64,000 nucleotides of DNA from Lingula anatina (lineage: Eukaryota > Animalia > Brachiopoda): positions 66,566,788 to 66,630,787 of the forward strand of contig CM120640.1 in the NCBI GenBank assembly GCA_051362555.1, written 5' to 3'. Below, in pieces: positions 50,729 through 63,467 of this stretch (the stretch's first letter is position 1; each line of letters begins with the position of its first letter). A program made the translations under genes and the position numbers. The notes under the pieces were generated by a model that was given only the letters and a program-made list of their open reading frames with translations, did no database searches and was not told where the DNA came from.

Positions 50729-53700
50729 CTGGTTGTGCTCATAATTCGCGCGACAATCCGTATGCGTATACTCCATGTACGTATTAACTCTGTACTCACG
50801 CCCCCTGAGAGACAATGGGTTGTTTTGATAAACTACAAAAGCCTGTGCGGGTAGCAAACAATAGCGACGTGGACTCATACAGGGCCTAAGCGCACAGGGG
50901 GAGGAGCGCATATGTAAATTATTGTACGGGCGACCCTTGGAGACGGGAGTTCGTCCTCGCCAAGCGCGACGGGAAGTAAATTGATGCGCGCTATAATCCG
51001 ACTTCATTAACAGCTTTCAACTTGGCAGTATTGCACCTTGCTCTAGGCTGAATGTCGACCTGCCGTCTCGTTGTTTTGTTTGCTTCTTACAATCAGGGGA
51101 ATGGGCCTCTGCTATTTAATACATTTGAAGGATTTTTTTGTAGTTTTGGTGAATTTCTCGAGCGATCAGTCTGTGACCCATACCAATTAACCCTTCCGAA
51201 CTTGGCAGAAGTCTCCCTAATTTTGGACGTATCTACCGATCTCCCTTTTGTCTCGATACATCACACTTTTCTCTTTGTCCTTACGTTTGGAAACTTCTCA
51301 GGTTAAGTGATAGGGGTATAGATAGCACTAAACAATAAAAAGAAATTACCAACGACAAAGCCGTGCCAGGTCTTCGTGTGAGTAACATCCAAAACACTGT
51401 ACATGTATGTTGTTTTCTTGGAAACGAAGCTGGTTTCGAAAGGAACCTAAATAGCGATAATATAAAACCACAGCTGGGCAAGCTACCTGGACATTGTAAT
51501 AAGTGATAGATACAAGTCGCAGAGCCGAACTTGAAATATAACGAGCGTATTGTCGAGCCACAGGTTGAGTAATTTTCGGGTACAGCTCGGTGGGAGTGTT
51601 GTATCTAGCTTAAACCACAGCCTCTCATCGGTTAGTGCAATGTCCTCGCGATATATTACTGAATGCCAGCTGAGCGGTGGAAAATTAATTCCATGCAAAA
51701 ATTCTTATTGGGCATTAGAAAAAATTATCAAAAATGACTTAGGAGTGTGCCAATTTGCCTAACGGCAAGGGCCTAAGTGTTTGTGCAGATCGGTCACATA
51801 ACTGCATTCGCTTACTGCAACTACGAAATAGATTATTTAAAAGAAGATCTTTAACTGATACGTGTGCAAATGATGTGGAGGAGAGTTCGCCCAAACAAAT
51901 CATTAAGGGTAAATGGCATTTGATTAGCCTTTGTCGTGAACACAATAACATCATGTATGAAGTAAGTCCAAATTAACAAAGTTTTAATTTTTTCAATTTA
52001 CTTCATGTATTATAACAAGAATAATAATCAATGTTGTTTTCATGTGTACATGTACGTCCTAGGGATGGATGGTGGAAGTAAAAAGACTGTCATTCTTTTT
52101 TGATATCCCGCTTGTCGGCGGTGGAGATTACAAAACAACGCTTTGTTTGCTGGTTAATGATCGCATTAAGGGGTGGCCGATTTCGCACCTTTTACATTTC
52201 ATTCAATGGCAGTTACAACTGGTAGTCGCCCCTTTGTTTCGTTGTCCAGTGTTACCTAATGACTGGGTTGTAAGTGACCTTTATATTAAAAACTATTCCA
52301 TTCTTTGTCTATGTCTACTAGTATACATCCCAAGAGCGTTCTCAGGCAGCAATTGTTAATCATTAAACAATAGCGATAAAGCATCGGTTTCAGCAAATTT
52401 CAATCTTTGGGGCCATCAACAGTGCCTAAATATTCAAGAGACACCAGTAAACTAAAGAACTTTTTCGTTTGCAGTGTCAGGGTCAACAAGAAGTTATAAC
52501 TTCTTGGGGTGAATCAAAATTTTCTCAATTAGGTGCTGGTAGGCTAATGAAAGACTAGGAAATAATCGTTTATTGCATAGAGAATTTAATCCTGTGCAAC
52601 CTTCTACAAAATGGATATTTTACACTACTGCATGGGTCGTTATTCATAAAGAATGTTTTAACGTTTTATAAGGTTTTTGACAGATAAATAATTTCACCAA
52701 AGAATCTGCTCTCCGTTATTTGTTTTATTTAGATTTGATTCATTTCATTTAAGAGAAGTCAACAGATAAAAGTGCAGCGAAAAGAAATAGAGGAAAGAGG
52801 AAACTATCAAGAAAAAGTGATGGGAATCCTTAATATTAAAAACATTTACAGGAAATAAGATTGATGTCCATATCTCCCCTCTTTTTCTACCAAGCCCGCT
52901 TGCTCAAACGATTCATTCTTACTTCGGGGAAAACAAGTGATAAAATGCAGTAAATGTAGAAAAGAAGGACACGAACAAGAGAAGAGGGACAGGAGTCTTT
53001 AATATCAAAATATTTACGGGAAAAAAGTATGAGAGAGTGATCTTTATCTTCCGTCTTTCTCTGCCAGGTCGTCTTCTCCAATGCAGGTGCTCTCCGCTAG
53101 TTTAAAAGATATCTTTCTGCATAGACAGCTTGACGATTGGTGATCGAATAATTTCCAGATAAAATATTTAAATACTGTGGCAAGTAAAGGAGACCCCCCC
53201 CCCCCCCCCCCCGACACCAAAATGCATATATTTACAGACCTAGGCAACTTTCTACGCGCCCTTCTTATTCGTGTAGCACACCAATTAGACTAAATCATCA
53301 TCTGTGATAATTTATCAAATCGCATTATTAATAAAGATTTTCGTGCGCTAGGTAAGACCCTACAAAGGAGGCAGCCTTTTGTAGACCTTAGATGTATTTT
53401 CCATGTGGCTTTCTGATTTCGGACCTTAAGTCCTCTCTGTGTCTGTCTGTAAGACAAAAAAAGTTAATGCACACATTTCTAAAGAATCACATTTGAAAGA
53501 AAATGCTGTCAAACGCATATTATTTACACTCGTAAATACTGTACAGAATCATCTCTCAAAAATACACTTACAGAAGGGCATTTTTATTCTCAATAAATTT
53601 ACGTTTTCTTAATAAGTAACATTTTATCTAATTAATACTGTCCATATATTTAAATTCAAAACTAATGAAAGTGAATTATATTGTGTAGAATATTTACAAA

Positions 53701-55035
53701 TTCCATTCATGTGTTCAAAGTCTAAAATAAAAAGGTTAAGCAAACAAAACATGATCGATGCAAACTTTTTTAAATATAGGGCCTATATTTTGCATGCTGA
53801 AATAGGATTTTAATAGTATAACACTTGAACTATAATTGGCTTTTCATGCATGTTAGATTTTCAATTTCAAACTTGTTATTTGTATTTTATTAAAGAAAAT
53901 TTAAAAACTAGTTGTTGATCAATTTAAAAAGACAGAACTACATTACCAGCCAATAGACACAATCTAAGGATCGACCTGAAAAAAAAAAAAAAATTAATGC
54001 AGACCCATTTATAGATAACGAGCTGCTTTCTCTCAACTTAATTACATGATTTATTCATTTCATTATTCATTTGAAAAGAGCATCTTGCTTGTACAAAGAA
54101 GCAATGAATTAGAATGTTGTTATTACTGCAATTTTACAAAATTATATTTCTACGATGAACCACTCCAGGACATAAATAGATCCTACTTATAAATAACTCA
54201 GTGCAAAGCAGCTTGAGCGCTTTGTGGGGTATCAGCCTCCAACGAGCAAAGTTTAAATTTTTATGAATGTATTTTTTAATGATATCGTTTTTCAAAAAGG
54301 TATCACTTTCACTTCTCCGCGCGCAGGGAGTCCTTTTTCGCATGGCTGTCGACCTGCCTCCCTCTTCATATAAAACTCAAGATGGCGCACGTGCAGTGAC
54401 AGGCCCGTATGGCTTGACAGAATAAGTTGACCGAAATTAATAATACGCGAAAAACTTTCAAATGAGATCAGCATATAATGTCACGGTAAAAGACGTTAAA
54501 GAAGCAAATATACAGATAATCTTCACAACGTCTGAAGTAGTTTATTTTATTTTTCCTCATTACCTCAGACGGCACGCTCCGTGGTTTGTGACCGATACTG
54601 CATTACGTCATTTTCAAATTAACGTTGGCTGTTATGTGGGAAAATTGTGAATAGCAGGACAAAAACTCACAAGTAGAATAAATATTAAATCTTTCAAACA
54701 AAACTTTGCAAAGTGAAGAAAAACCCGTTAGCAAGGCAGGAGATAGGCCCTGTGTCAGCCTAGAGAAAGGAACAGTACCGGCAGATAAGCAACTATGTAA
54801 TTACGTCGGCTTACAGCAAGCGGCAATTAACTCCCCGTCGAGCATAAACAGGGTGACAAGCCGCCACCGATGGACAAGCGGGGTTGATTTGCATATTAGC
54901 GAACATAGGGCGGGCTTGACGTCTTCTCATTTTCATTGCTATTGTGTTTTGCCCTATAATTATCTCGTCACCATGTACGCATACAGATGTCAGAAAATGA
55001 TCAATTAGTTGTCGCGTGAATTATAGGCATGACAG
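50729..55035. mobile_element. 4.3-kb TIR element with TA TSD inserted in the RNase H of copy B; no recognisable ORF
   Basis: Left ctggttgtgctcataattcgcgcgacaa vs right-end reverse complement ctgtcatgcctataattcacgcgacaa; removal restores DTDASYSCIGAELSQ. Confidence 0.8.
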
Positions 55036-57090
55036 TACATGAATATGATGCATCTGTATCAAGTATAAATTCACCTTCAGACAAAGGAAAGGCTAAACAA
55101 GGGGCAGTTGTTAACTCTTGTTTTAAACTTTCAAATGCTATTTCATGTTCATCTGACCAATTGAAAACACCTTTAATCACTGTCAACTCATACAAACAAG
55201 CAGTTTTCTCAGCAAATTGAGGAATATGATCTCTATGATAATTTATGAAACCAAGGAATGTTTCAACTTCCTTTTTGTTGTATAGGTACTGGCCACTTTC
55301 TAACACACTCAATCTTACTTTCAGTTATACCAACACCTTCTCTACTGATAGACTTTCCTAAGAATTCACACTTTGTTTGGAAAAGAAAACACTTCTTAGG
55401 CTTTAACTTTAAGTTGTAAGAACGCAATCTCTCCAAAACCTCTTTCAAATTCTTAAGATGATCTTCAAAATTCTTTCCCAACACTGTGATATCATCCAGA
55501 TACACTAATACTTTCTCCCAAGTCAAACCTCTCAATACTAACTGCATTGCTCTTGAAAAACTTGCAGGGGAATTTGTAAGTCCCATAGCCATTCTCTTAT
55601 GCTCATACAGACCATATCTGGTGATAAAAGCAGTTTTGTTTCTATCTTTCTCATCATTCTCAATCTGAAAATATCCTTGAGCCATATCAATCAAACTCAA
55701 AAATTGATTTCCAGCCAGACAATCTAAACAATCACCAATGTTTGGAATAGGATAAGAATCTTTAATAGTTTTCTTATTTAATTCCCTATAATCCACACAC
55801 CATCTAACACTTCCATCTTTCTTTCTTATCAATACTGGTGGGGATGCCCATTCAGAATTTGACGGCTGAATAACATCAGAAGCTAACAACTTTTCAAGCA
55901 TCTTTTTCTCTTCTCCCTCCATCCCCAATGGAGTTCTACGCAATTTCTGTTTCACAGGAGCTGCACTACCAGTGTTAATAGTATGCTTAACACCTTTCAT
56001 GCACCCCAAATCAAGATCATGCTTTGCAAATACATCTTCATAATCTCTCAAAGTTCCACACAATGCAACCATTTCATTTGAATCAAGCTCCTCACTCGAT
56101 CTTTCAAATAAATCTTGCAAATGTTCAGGCAAATCTCTTTTCAAACATCTCATCACTTCTTCTTTTTCCATATTTTCATCTATATTGAACTTCATTTAAA
56201 CTTTATTCACAGCAGACACGTTAGCTTTTCCATCTACATCTTTTTTACATCTCACTTCAGAATCAACTGTCTCAACTTCCTTAATAACACCTAACACACT
56301 ACCTGCTTTCAAAATAGCATTTCTTTCTCCATCATTCACTATTTCTACAGGAACAACATCATCACCTTTAACTAATGCACAAGATACCAACACTTGTCTA
56401 TCAACACAAGGTTCTATCACATACTCTTTCTTTTTCTCTAACTCATAATCTGCACAAACAGAAATTCTCATCACTGTCAATGGAGGAACTACTATTCTCT
56501 TTTTCGTTCTCACCATATTTTCACAAATTTCAACTTCTTTCTCCATTCCATCAACACATTTCTCATCACTTTTAGCTTCTGTCTCACCATTCACTTTACT
56601 CAAATCAGAGTCACCTTCAACTTCTATGCTTCCTTGTACACATTTTTCTCCAATGATCAAAGTTTGATCAACTAAATTCACCACAAAATTTCTCTCCTTC
56701 AAAAACTTCAATCCCAACAACATATCAATTCCTTCTTGTAAATCTGCAACATACACATTTTCCTTATATTCTATCCCATCTATCTCAATACTCAAATTTT
56801 CTATTCTGTGACCCATCATAAATGCATTTTTTCCAGCAAGCATCAATTTCAGAGTCTCACAAAACTCAGGCACACCCTGCAATTTACTATAAAATCTTTT
56901 ATTTACGATAGTAAATTGAGCTGCTGTATCCACAACTGCTAATGTTTTCACACCACCTACACTCACAGGAATCACAAAATTTTCTCCTACTAATTCTCCA
57001 ACATTCATCATTTTCACATTTCCACTATCTTTAATCCGACCTTCAACATGAAGTAAGGGATCCGAAATCTGGTCGGTCAATTCGTCCCGT
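55036..57090 (-). pseudogene. pol: pol 5' part: aspartic protease and reverse transcriptase (in-frame TAA at 56196-56198, frameshift ~55290)
   Basis: AVVDTAAQFT protease motif; SEWASPPVLIRKKDGSVRWCVDYRELN, KTAF, MGLTNSPASF, YLDD. Confidence 0.93.
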
Positions 57091-57091
57091 T

Positions 57092-58765
57092 CTAGTTTAC
57101 TGAATTTCTTGCACCGGGAGGAGGATTCTTTGGCAATTCTCTATTTTGAGGGCAATTTGTTTGAATGTGACCTCTCTGTCCACATTTATGACAAATCAAA
57201 ATAGAACTTGGACTGGCATTTTTACTAACATTGGGATTAGGTGGATGTTCTACAATTTCATTCTTACAATCCCTTTGAACATGACCTCTTTCTCCACATT
57301 TAAAACATTGTGGTGGACCCCCTCTACTTTGATTTACGTTTCTATTCTGGGATGATTTTACCATTCTACTAGGATTTCTCTGAGAATTTGACGGTGACAC
57401 CCATGCATCATTCATTCTTTTCATTTGATCACACATTACAGACATGGTTCTTTGCATGTTGTAGAGTAATTGATTATTACTTCCATTCTCAACACTCTGA
57501 TCAGATATTCCAACTTGTCTAATATGCACATTTTTCCCTCCTGTACCATACACTGCTTTGAAGTTATTGTTTGCAACTTTCACAAACTCTAACGCTTCAA
57601 ATAAATCTTTAGGCTCTTTATCCATAGCCAACTTTGCAGATTCTTTGTCACGACACCCTCTCAAAAATGAATCCACAGCTATTCCCTCACCACCTTCTGC
57701 ATATCCCTCTCTAGATGCCATGAACACACGATGAGAAAAATCTTGCAAAGATTCACTTTCACCCTGCTTCATTGATTGAAGTGCTCTACGTGCAGATGAA
57801 GCAGACTCTTTCGTACTAAAAGGTTTTGACATCACTTCTTTCAAACATTTGTATTTGCAGTTTCCAAACTCCACCGCATACTCAAGAGCTCTGTCTTCCA
57901 AACATTCAATCAATCTACTACTTTTCATTTCATTATTCCATCCATATCTTTCTGCCATGCCTTCAAACTTAAATACAAAAGCTTCCCAATTTTCTCTTCC
58001 ATTCCCACTAAAACTAGGCATTTTATGAACAGGTCCTTTTTCTCTTTCAACTAAAGGAACTCTTTTCTGTTCACATTCAGATTCACTTTCGCTTTCACTA
58101 TCACTTTCACTCTCTTCTAGTTTCAGTATTGGTTTTTTCACAGGGGTTTCCAAACTTTTCTTTTTACTACTTCTAGGTGCAGGTGTGGGTCTACTAGTTT
58201 TAATATTTCTAGGAGTTGGCCTTGGGATATTTTCTAAATCGTGTTGTAAATGCATTCTTTCATACTGAGTTTGCAAATGATCATGACGGGCTGTCATCTC
58301 ATCCAATTGCAATTTCAAATCCATTTTTTCAATTTCACACTTCTGCAAACTTTCTACACGTTTTCTGAACAATTCATTCTGTGTTTCAACCTGAGCATGT
58401 AACATTACTTCTTTTGTGGAATACTCTCGACACTCTTCTTCCATTGCCATTTCTTTTTTCATCAACACTTGTTTAGTTTTTCCCAACTCACTCTGAATTT
58501 TCACATTTCTTTCTTTCAACATATCATTTTCATTTTTCAAATCATTACACCCAAAAACACATTACCCTTCTTTTCCCATTTCTGCCAATCTGCCACACTA
58601 ATACCAGTAATTTCTTCCAAATCACTCAACAGCAATTTTCCTTTTTGATTTCTCAAAGACACCAATCTATGAGGTCACCGGACCAATTCCTTTCAAATTT
58701 TTCAATTCTGCTTCAGATGCTGTCTGCACATTCAACACACTACTTTCTGCATTACCCGACGCCAT
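57092..58765 (-). CDS. gag: gag: N-terminal HhH (ComEA-like) domain (frameshifted), coiled coil, capsid-like region, two CCHC zinc knuckles
   Basis: CFKCGERGHVQRDC and CHKCGQRGHIQTNC. The ATG at 58765 (MASGNAESSVLNVQTASEAELKNLKGIGPV) is in frame with ORF 57092..58540 but separated from it by compensating indels and a stop. Confidence 0.88.
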
Positions 58766-59215
58766 TTTCACTTCCAGTTTCCCACAATCTATTACACTAT
58801 TTTATTGATAATAGCAATGCAGCTGTGCCACAAAAACTACACAATAAAATACTTTCACCACTACCACACTATTTACTGTTTGAAGAAAGTTTCAGCAAAA
58901 AGCCACTACTAAACTTCACAGTAAATACAAATAAATCTCTCACACTATTCAACCTACTCACATGTACACCTATGATGAAACACTTTCAACACAGACGAAC
59001 AAGGTAGAATAGTACTCTATCAGTATATGCTATTGCAATATTGATAAAAATATACGATAAACAATTCACACTCACTCCCTCATTCAGCAAGTCAGTGAAA
59101 AACACAACTTTGAAACCTTTATTTTAAATAAATGCTTTTCTTTGTAAATAAACTCACTAAATTATGTTCTGTATTCTAATTACAACATAAGGCTCTACAC
59201 GCACGGGCCTGTAAT

Positions 59216-59312
59216 TACACGTGGTCTGTCCGACTACTACTCAGTACACGTGGTCTGTCCGACTACTACTCAGTACACGTGGTCTTTCCGACTACTACTC
59301 CCTACACGTGGT
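59216..59312. repeat. 29-bp tandem repeat (~3.3 copies) in the Gypsy leader, each unit with CACGTG
   Basis: tacacgtggtctgtccgactactactcag. Confidence 0.9.
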
Positions 59313-59697
59313 TCACAATGTCTCCGCAATTGTAGTATCACAACAGAAAATTAATACAAAATATCTCTTAACTACTAAACTGAATGCTACTTTGACAATA
59401 TTTACTAAATTGACGCGAAAATGAAATATCACTGCAATATGTTCCGACTAGTTCGCGTCTTGCAACAAGTCCCGTCTAACACGTGTCACTATCTTTCCAA
59501 CTCTCACTCAGTCATATACAAAGCTTTTCAAAAATTCTAATATCACTAATAACTAACAGTAATATCCTCTTACAACATAAGCTACACAAATTCTATCCTG
59601 TAAATTGACAACGTTGATACACAAATTGAATTCTGTCAATTTAACAACATATGCTACACAAATTTTATCTTCTCATTTAACAAGCAACACAAAATCT

Positions 59698-59715
59698 ATC
59701 CTGTCGACTGCGCCA
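59698..59715 (-). other. Primer binding site, probably for tRNA-Ser
   Basis: Minus strand reads LTR..CGTAACA-AT-TGGCGCAGTCGACAGGAT; complementary to a tRNA 3' end ..CCUG.CGACUGCG-CCA, recalled as tRNA-Ser. Confidence 0.7.
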
Positions 59716-59717
59716 AT

Positions 59718-60102
59718 TGTTACGCCTTCGCGGCCGAGTGCCTTATGAAGGTACAAATAACAATGTACTTACTGGTGTCTCAAAACAAAATATCCAAAAA
59801 GGAGCCAAAGAGATAGCTTCTATAGCCAAGAGTGAGGACCGCAAAGAGTCAAGAACACAGCTAGATGATCACCAAAGAGCCGTAAAGAGAGGTCGATTTA
59901 TTTCAAGTCACGCCTTATATACATGTACAAGTTCAGATAGTACACGTTTACCAATCAGAACCAACTATACAGTGAACAGTTTTACCTTTAAGTTACCAAT
60001 CACGGGAGAGATTCAAACGTGCGCACCGGACTGTACTTTACTTATAGAGACATCTACCGGCAGCAATATAAATAATCTCAACTAACACACCACATCGTCA
60101 CA
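59718..60102 (-). repeat. 5' LTR of Gypsy copy B (385 bp)
   Basis: Inverted ends TGTGACG..CGTAACA; two CCAAT boxes; TATATAA at ~59915-59921 followed closely by AATAAA. Confidence 0.9.
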
Positions 60103-60719
60103 AAAGAAAGAACATCAAACATCTACAAGAAGCTCGTATAAGAGAAGCCCCAAAAGAAGAGACCGATTTATTTCAAGTCACACCTTATATACACACTTCA
60201 GATAGTACACGTTTACCAATCAGAACCAACTATACAGTGAACAGTTTTGCCTTTAAGTTACCAATCACGGTACGGATTCAAACTTGCTCACCGGACAACA
60301 CTTTACTTATAGAGACATCTACCGGAAGCAATATAAAGTACTCTCCCCCCTTTTGACGAACAAAACTCCCCTCTATTATTATTATAATATAAGCCATTAC
60401 TTTAAATTGTTAAACTAACAATTACTACAATTCAACAACTGAAATTGTACTTTACCTTTAAAATAATAAAGCAAGTAAAGCAAATAAGTCATTATTGTTG
60501 TGCCAAGATTCAACATTTAACTTTAACACGAGCAAAGTCAATCAAGTCCATCTCTCAGCATAAATGTCCATCCTTAGGAATGCAAAATAATTTTGAATCC
60601 ATTAGCACTTTAAATCAACTTTAAAGTAAACAAAGTGATTTTAACTCAAAGTTGCTCAAAACAATATTATTAATTATAAATGTCAATATGAAACTTCAAA
60701 TCATTATATAGTCCATTTT

Positions 60720-62876
60720 TCATCCACGCAACAATGTAAAATTCATCTGCCGATACCAATGACTACTGAGTTCACGATCGTCTGATGAAAGTTTTTGTAA
60801 CAGATTATACAAAGTTCTCCAGTGAAACAAAGTCAACAAAGAATTCAGAATCTCAGTCTTAGGCTCCATTCCATTTCCATAAATGTATACTTTCATAAAG
60901 TTAATGTCCTCCTTGGAATAGTTCTCTGGCAACATTACTAGTACTTCACTTTGCACATAGTCCATCAGTTCCCATTTATTTCTCATATTTAATGTCAAGA
61001 TCAGGAAATATAAAAATCCATTCACCAACTGGATCCACAGTTTTTCCTCGAATTCACCAGTTCCACACGAATGAACATCACCTTGACGTTTACGTAAAAA
61101 TGAATTGTCTTTTTCCATCGTTCTGCAATACCAGCACACCAATCCTGGAGTCATATACCACGGCAAATGAACAGATTTCACATGACGTCCAAGATGTCTA
61201 CTCAGGTCAGCACTGGACACCAGACACAAACCACACTGGACTTCTTTCCTCTGTTTCTTCTTTCTGCACTTTGAGTGGGTAACTTCCATGGGCGTAACTA
61301 GGCATACGCACGGATGCACTGTGCGTACAATTTTTTGGCCAACCATGATATTATTTTATATAAATTAAGTGTATTTTTCACGGAATATAAAAGAAAATCC
61401 TCTGCTTATTAAAGTCACCTGTATGCACAAATCCTCTGTATCAATTATATAGGCACAATTGTTCTGACCCCCCCCCCCCCCCGTCTTGCATACTTTTATT
61501 GAACTGAGGTAAACAATGCCTGTAACCTTAACAAGTCCTATCTTAATTGTCCATCTAACTGGAACTTCCTTTACCTCTTAATTGGAGGGTTCAGTGGCCC
61601 TCAACTCTCCTGTAGCCTCTTTCTTGAGAATATCGAACGCATTCTCGCTGGCGATATTTATCTCAGGTAAAATTCTGCCTGAGTGTTATTTTCAAAGAGC
61701 AGCTCCCGCAACCCTGGGGGCACTAGATAAAATCTTGACACCAGGTTTAATAAGGAGCTAGAGAATCAAAGAAAGAATTTTTCCTGCAAAGCTTCAAAGA
61801 ATTTTGACACGGACTTGACCCAGCTTACCCCTCCAAACTAACAGGGTGACATGGGCAATTTTTACAAACAAATAATTAAACTTAAATGTATCAGAGCTCT
61901 GGAGTGTCGTACAATTGGTTGTTTTTGGGAGCCATGCATCCACATGTAAGGTGAATGAAACCGTATGTTAGTTCAACTCAGAGGTGGATCCAGGATTATT
62001 CGAAGGGGGGTTCCACATATGCGAAGCTATCCCCATTTTAAATAAATATACCGTTCTGGGTAATAAGAATATTGAAACTTTCTTAATTGCGAGACTATTT
62101 CTGACTAAATAATAATAATAATAATTTTATTGAGCATTAAAATGTGTACATTTACATTTTACAAGCTCTCTAAACTACAGTTTTACATAAATTGTAATTG
62201 TATACACTGAAATAAGTATAACTTCTTTAGATCATTCCATTGCCAAAATACATGTAAGCTAACTACTTCATTCACAATATAATAATACTGAATATAGTAT
62301 TTTGTACAATATGCCTTTGCTACTTAGGCATAACTGACTGTATAAACTTGGCCACTGCTGATGCACTTGCACGACACTGTGGATTGAGAATCTGTATTAT
62401 TTTGCTATCGTCATCAGTGCCTGATAGACCAGAGAATCGTGACAGGGAATCAAACATTCTTTTACGCTCACGTTGATGCTGAGTGCAGATCAGGAGAAAA
62501 TGCTTTTCGTCTTCGATAACATTTTTGCAGTGTGGACAAAATCTTTCTTCCATTGGTGTTTTAGGATATGTATGTCTCCCTCTTTCAATTTGTAAATTGT
62601 GGTCACTAAGCCTGAGTTTTGATGATATTATTATTTATGGAAATTAAGCTGCGATGTGTGGTACATATGCTGTGAATACGCTGTCCTTCATCTGTTGCGT
62701 TAGTCTACATTTTGCTGGGAATTTTAAAAATCTGTGCGTACAATTTTTAAAGGTCTGGTTACGCCCCTGACTTCCTCCCCCTCTTCACCAATTAAGACAG
62801 TAGGATCTTCCACCAGATCAGTGTCATCATAATCAGGGACAAAACAGGCTTCATCTAGCATGTCTAAATCATCCAT
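60720..62876 (-). CDS. Gypsy accessory ORF3, copy C (222 aa once the 61287-62769 insertion is removed)
   Basis: Same acceptor tttatttcag|ATATG; CGLC..HLGRHVKSVHLPWY..CWYC; frame intact across the insertion. Confidence 0.7.
61287..62769. mobile_element. TIR element with 5-bp TSD ACTTC (hAT5-like), containing a LINE fragment
   Basis: catgggcgtaac / gttacgcccctg termini; the empty site gggtaacttcctcccc is present in copy A. Confidence 0.85.
62108..62625 (-). mobile_element. Non-LTR retrotransposon 3' fragment
   Basis: LRLSDHNLQIERGRH..RFCPHCKNVIEDEKHFLLIC C-terminal motif; AATAAA + (TTA)n tail on the minus strand. Confidence 0.8.
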
Positions 62877-63467
62877 ATCTGAAATAAACTTATACAAGGT
62901 TTTATTTTCTTGAATAAAAATAACATGATAATGATCTTTTCTTTCAAATGAATATTAACATAATTTTACATAGTATTAAGTTACTAACATAGCATTACAG
63001 CATTGCCGCATTTACTATGTACACATATTATTCAAATAAGAAGCAAAGCAAATTATTTTTATATTAAATCTCTATGAAATATTCTATCATCAAAATATGT
63101 AATAAGAAGAGAATTGTTACCTCAAGAATCTCTAATCCAACTACATGCAAAACACATGCTAAACTGCAAGGTATTAGTTTGAACTGTGTAACAATGTTAA
63201 TAAATATTCAATGGTTTTTTTTTCAAGCCAAAATAGTAACCATAATTCAAAAAATACAATAATAAAAAAAAAAAATGGATAAACTTATGCAATCTTCAAA
63301 GCATCATGCTCAACAATAAAATTCAAACAAATTTTTAGAAAACATATACCAACTTGGACTGTTGTTTTGATCAAATTACCTGAAATATAACAGGAATTAC
63401 AAACTATAATATACTTTATTAGATATATATATATATTATATTATATATCTGAGCATACATCTACTTC

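Larger units (their letters stand above)
47990..60102 (-). mobile_element. Gypsy/Ty3 LTR retrotransposon copy B: 5' LTR, PBS, gag, pol, ORF2; 3' end missing
   Basis: Domain order PR-RT-RH-IN; LTR TGT..ACA; PBS; several stops and frameshifts. Confidence 0.93.

Noticed and set aside
56190-56200. Programmed readthrough between protease and RT
   Set aside because: Copy B has several other disabling mutations, so a simple nonsense mutation is more parsimonious.
59216-59312. 29-bp repeats as a CRISPR array
   Set aside because: No spacers; lies in an LTR element leader.
59717-60085. 122-aa plus-strand ORF spanning LTR B
   Set aside because: Starts at TTG, has no recognisable motif, and the equivalent region of LTR A differs by indels; probably chance.
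18967-60102. LTR A and LTR B as the two ends of one 41-kb element
   Set aside because: The LTRs differ in length and sequence (~290 vs 385 bp), the flanks do not form a TSD (atat vs aaag), and two separate integrase/ORF2 sets lie between them.
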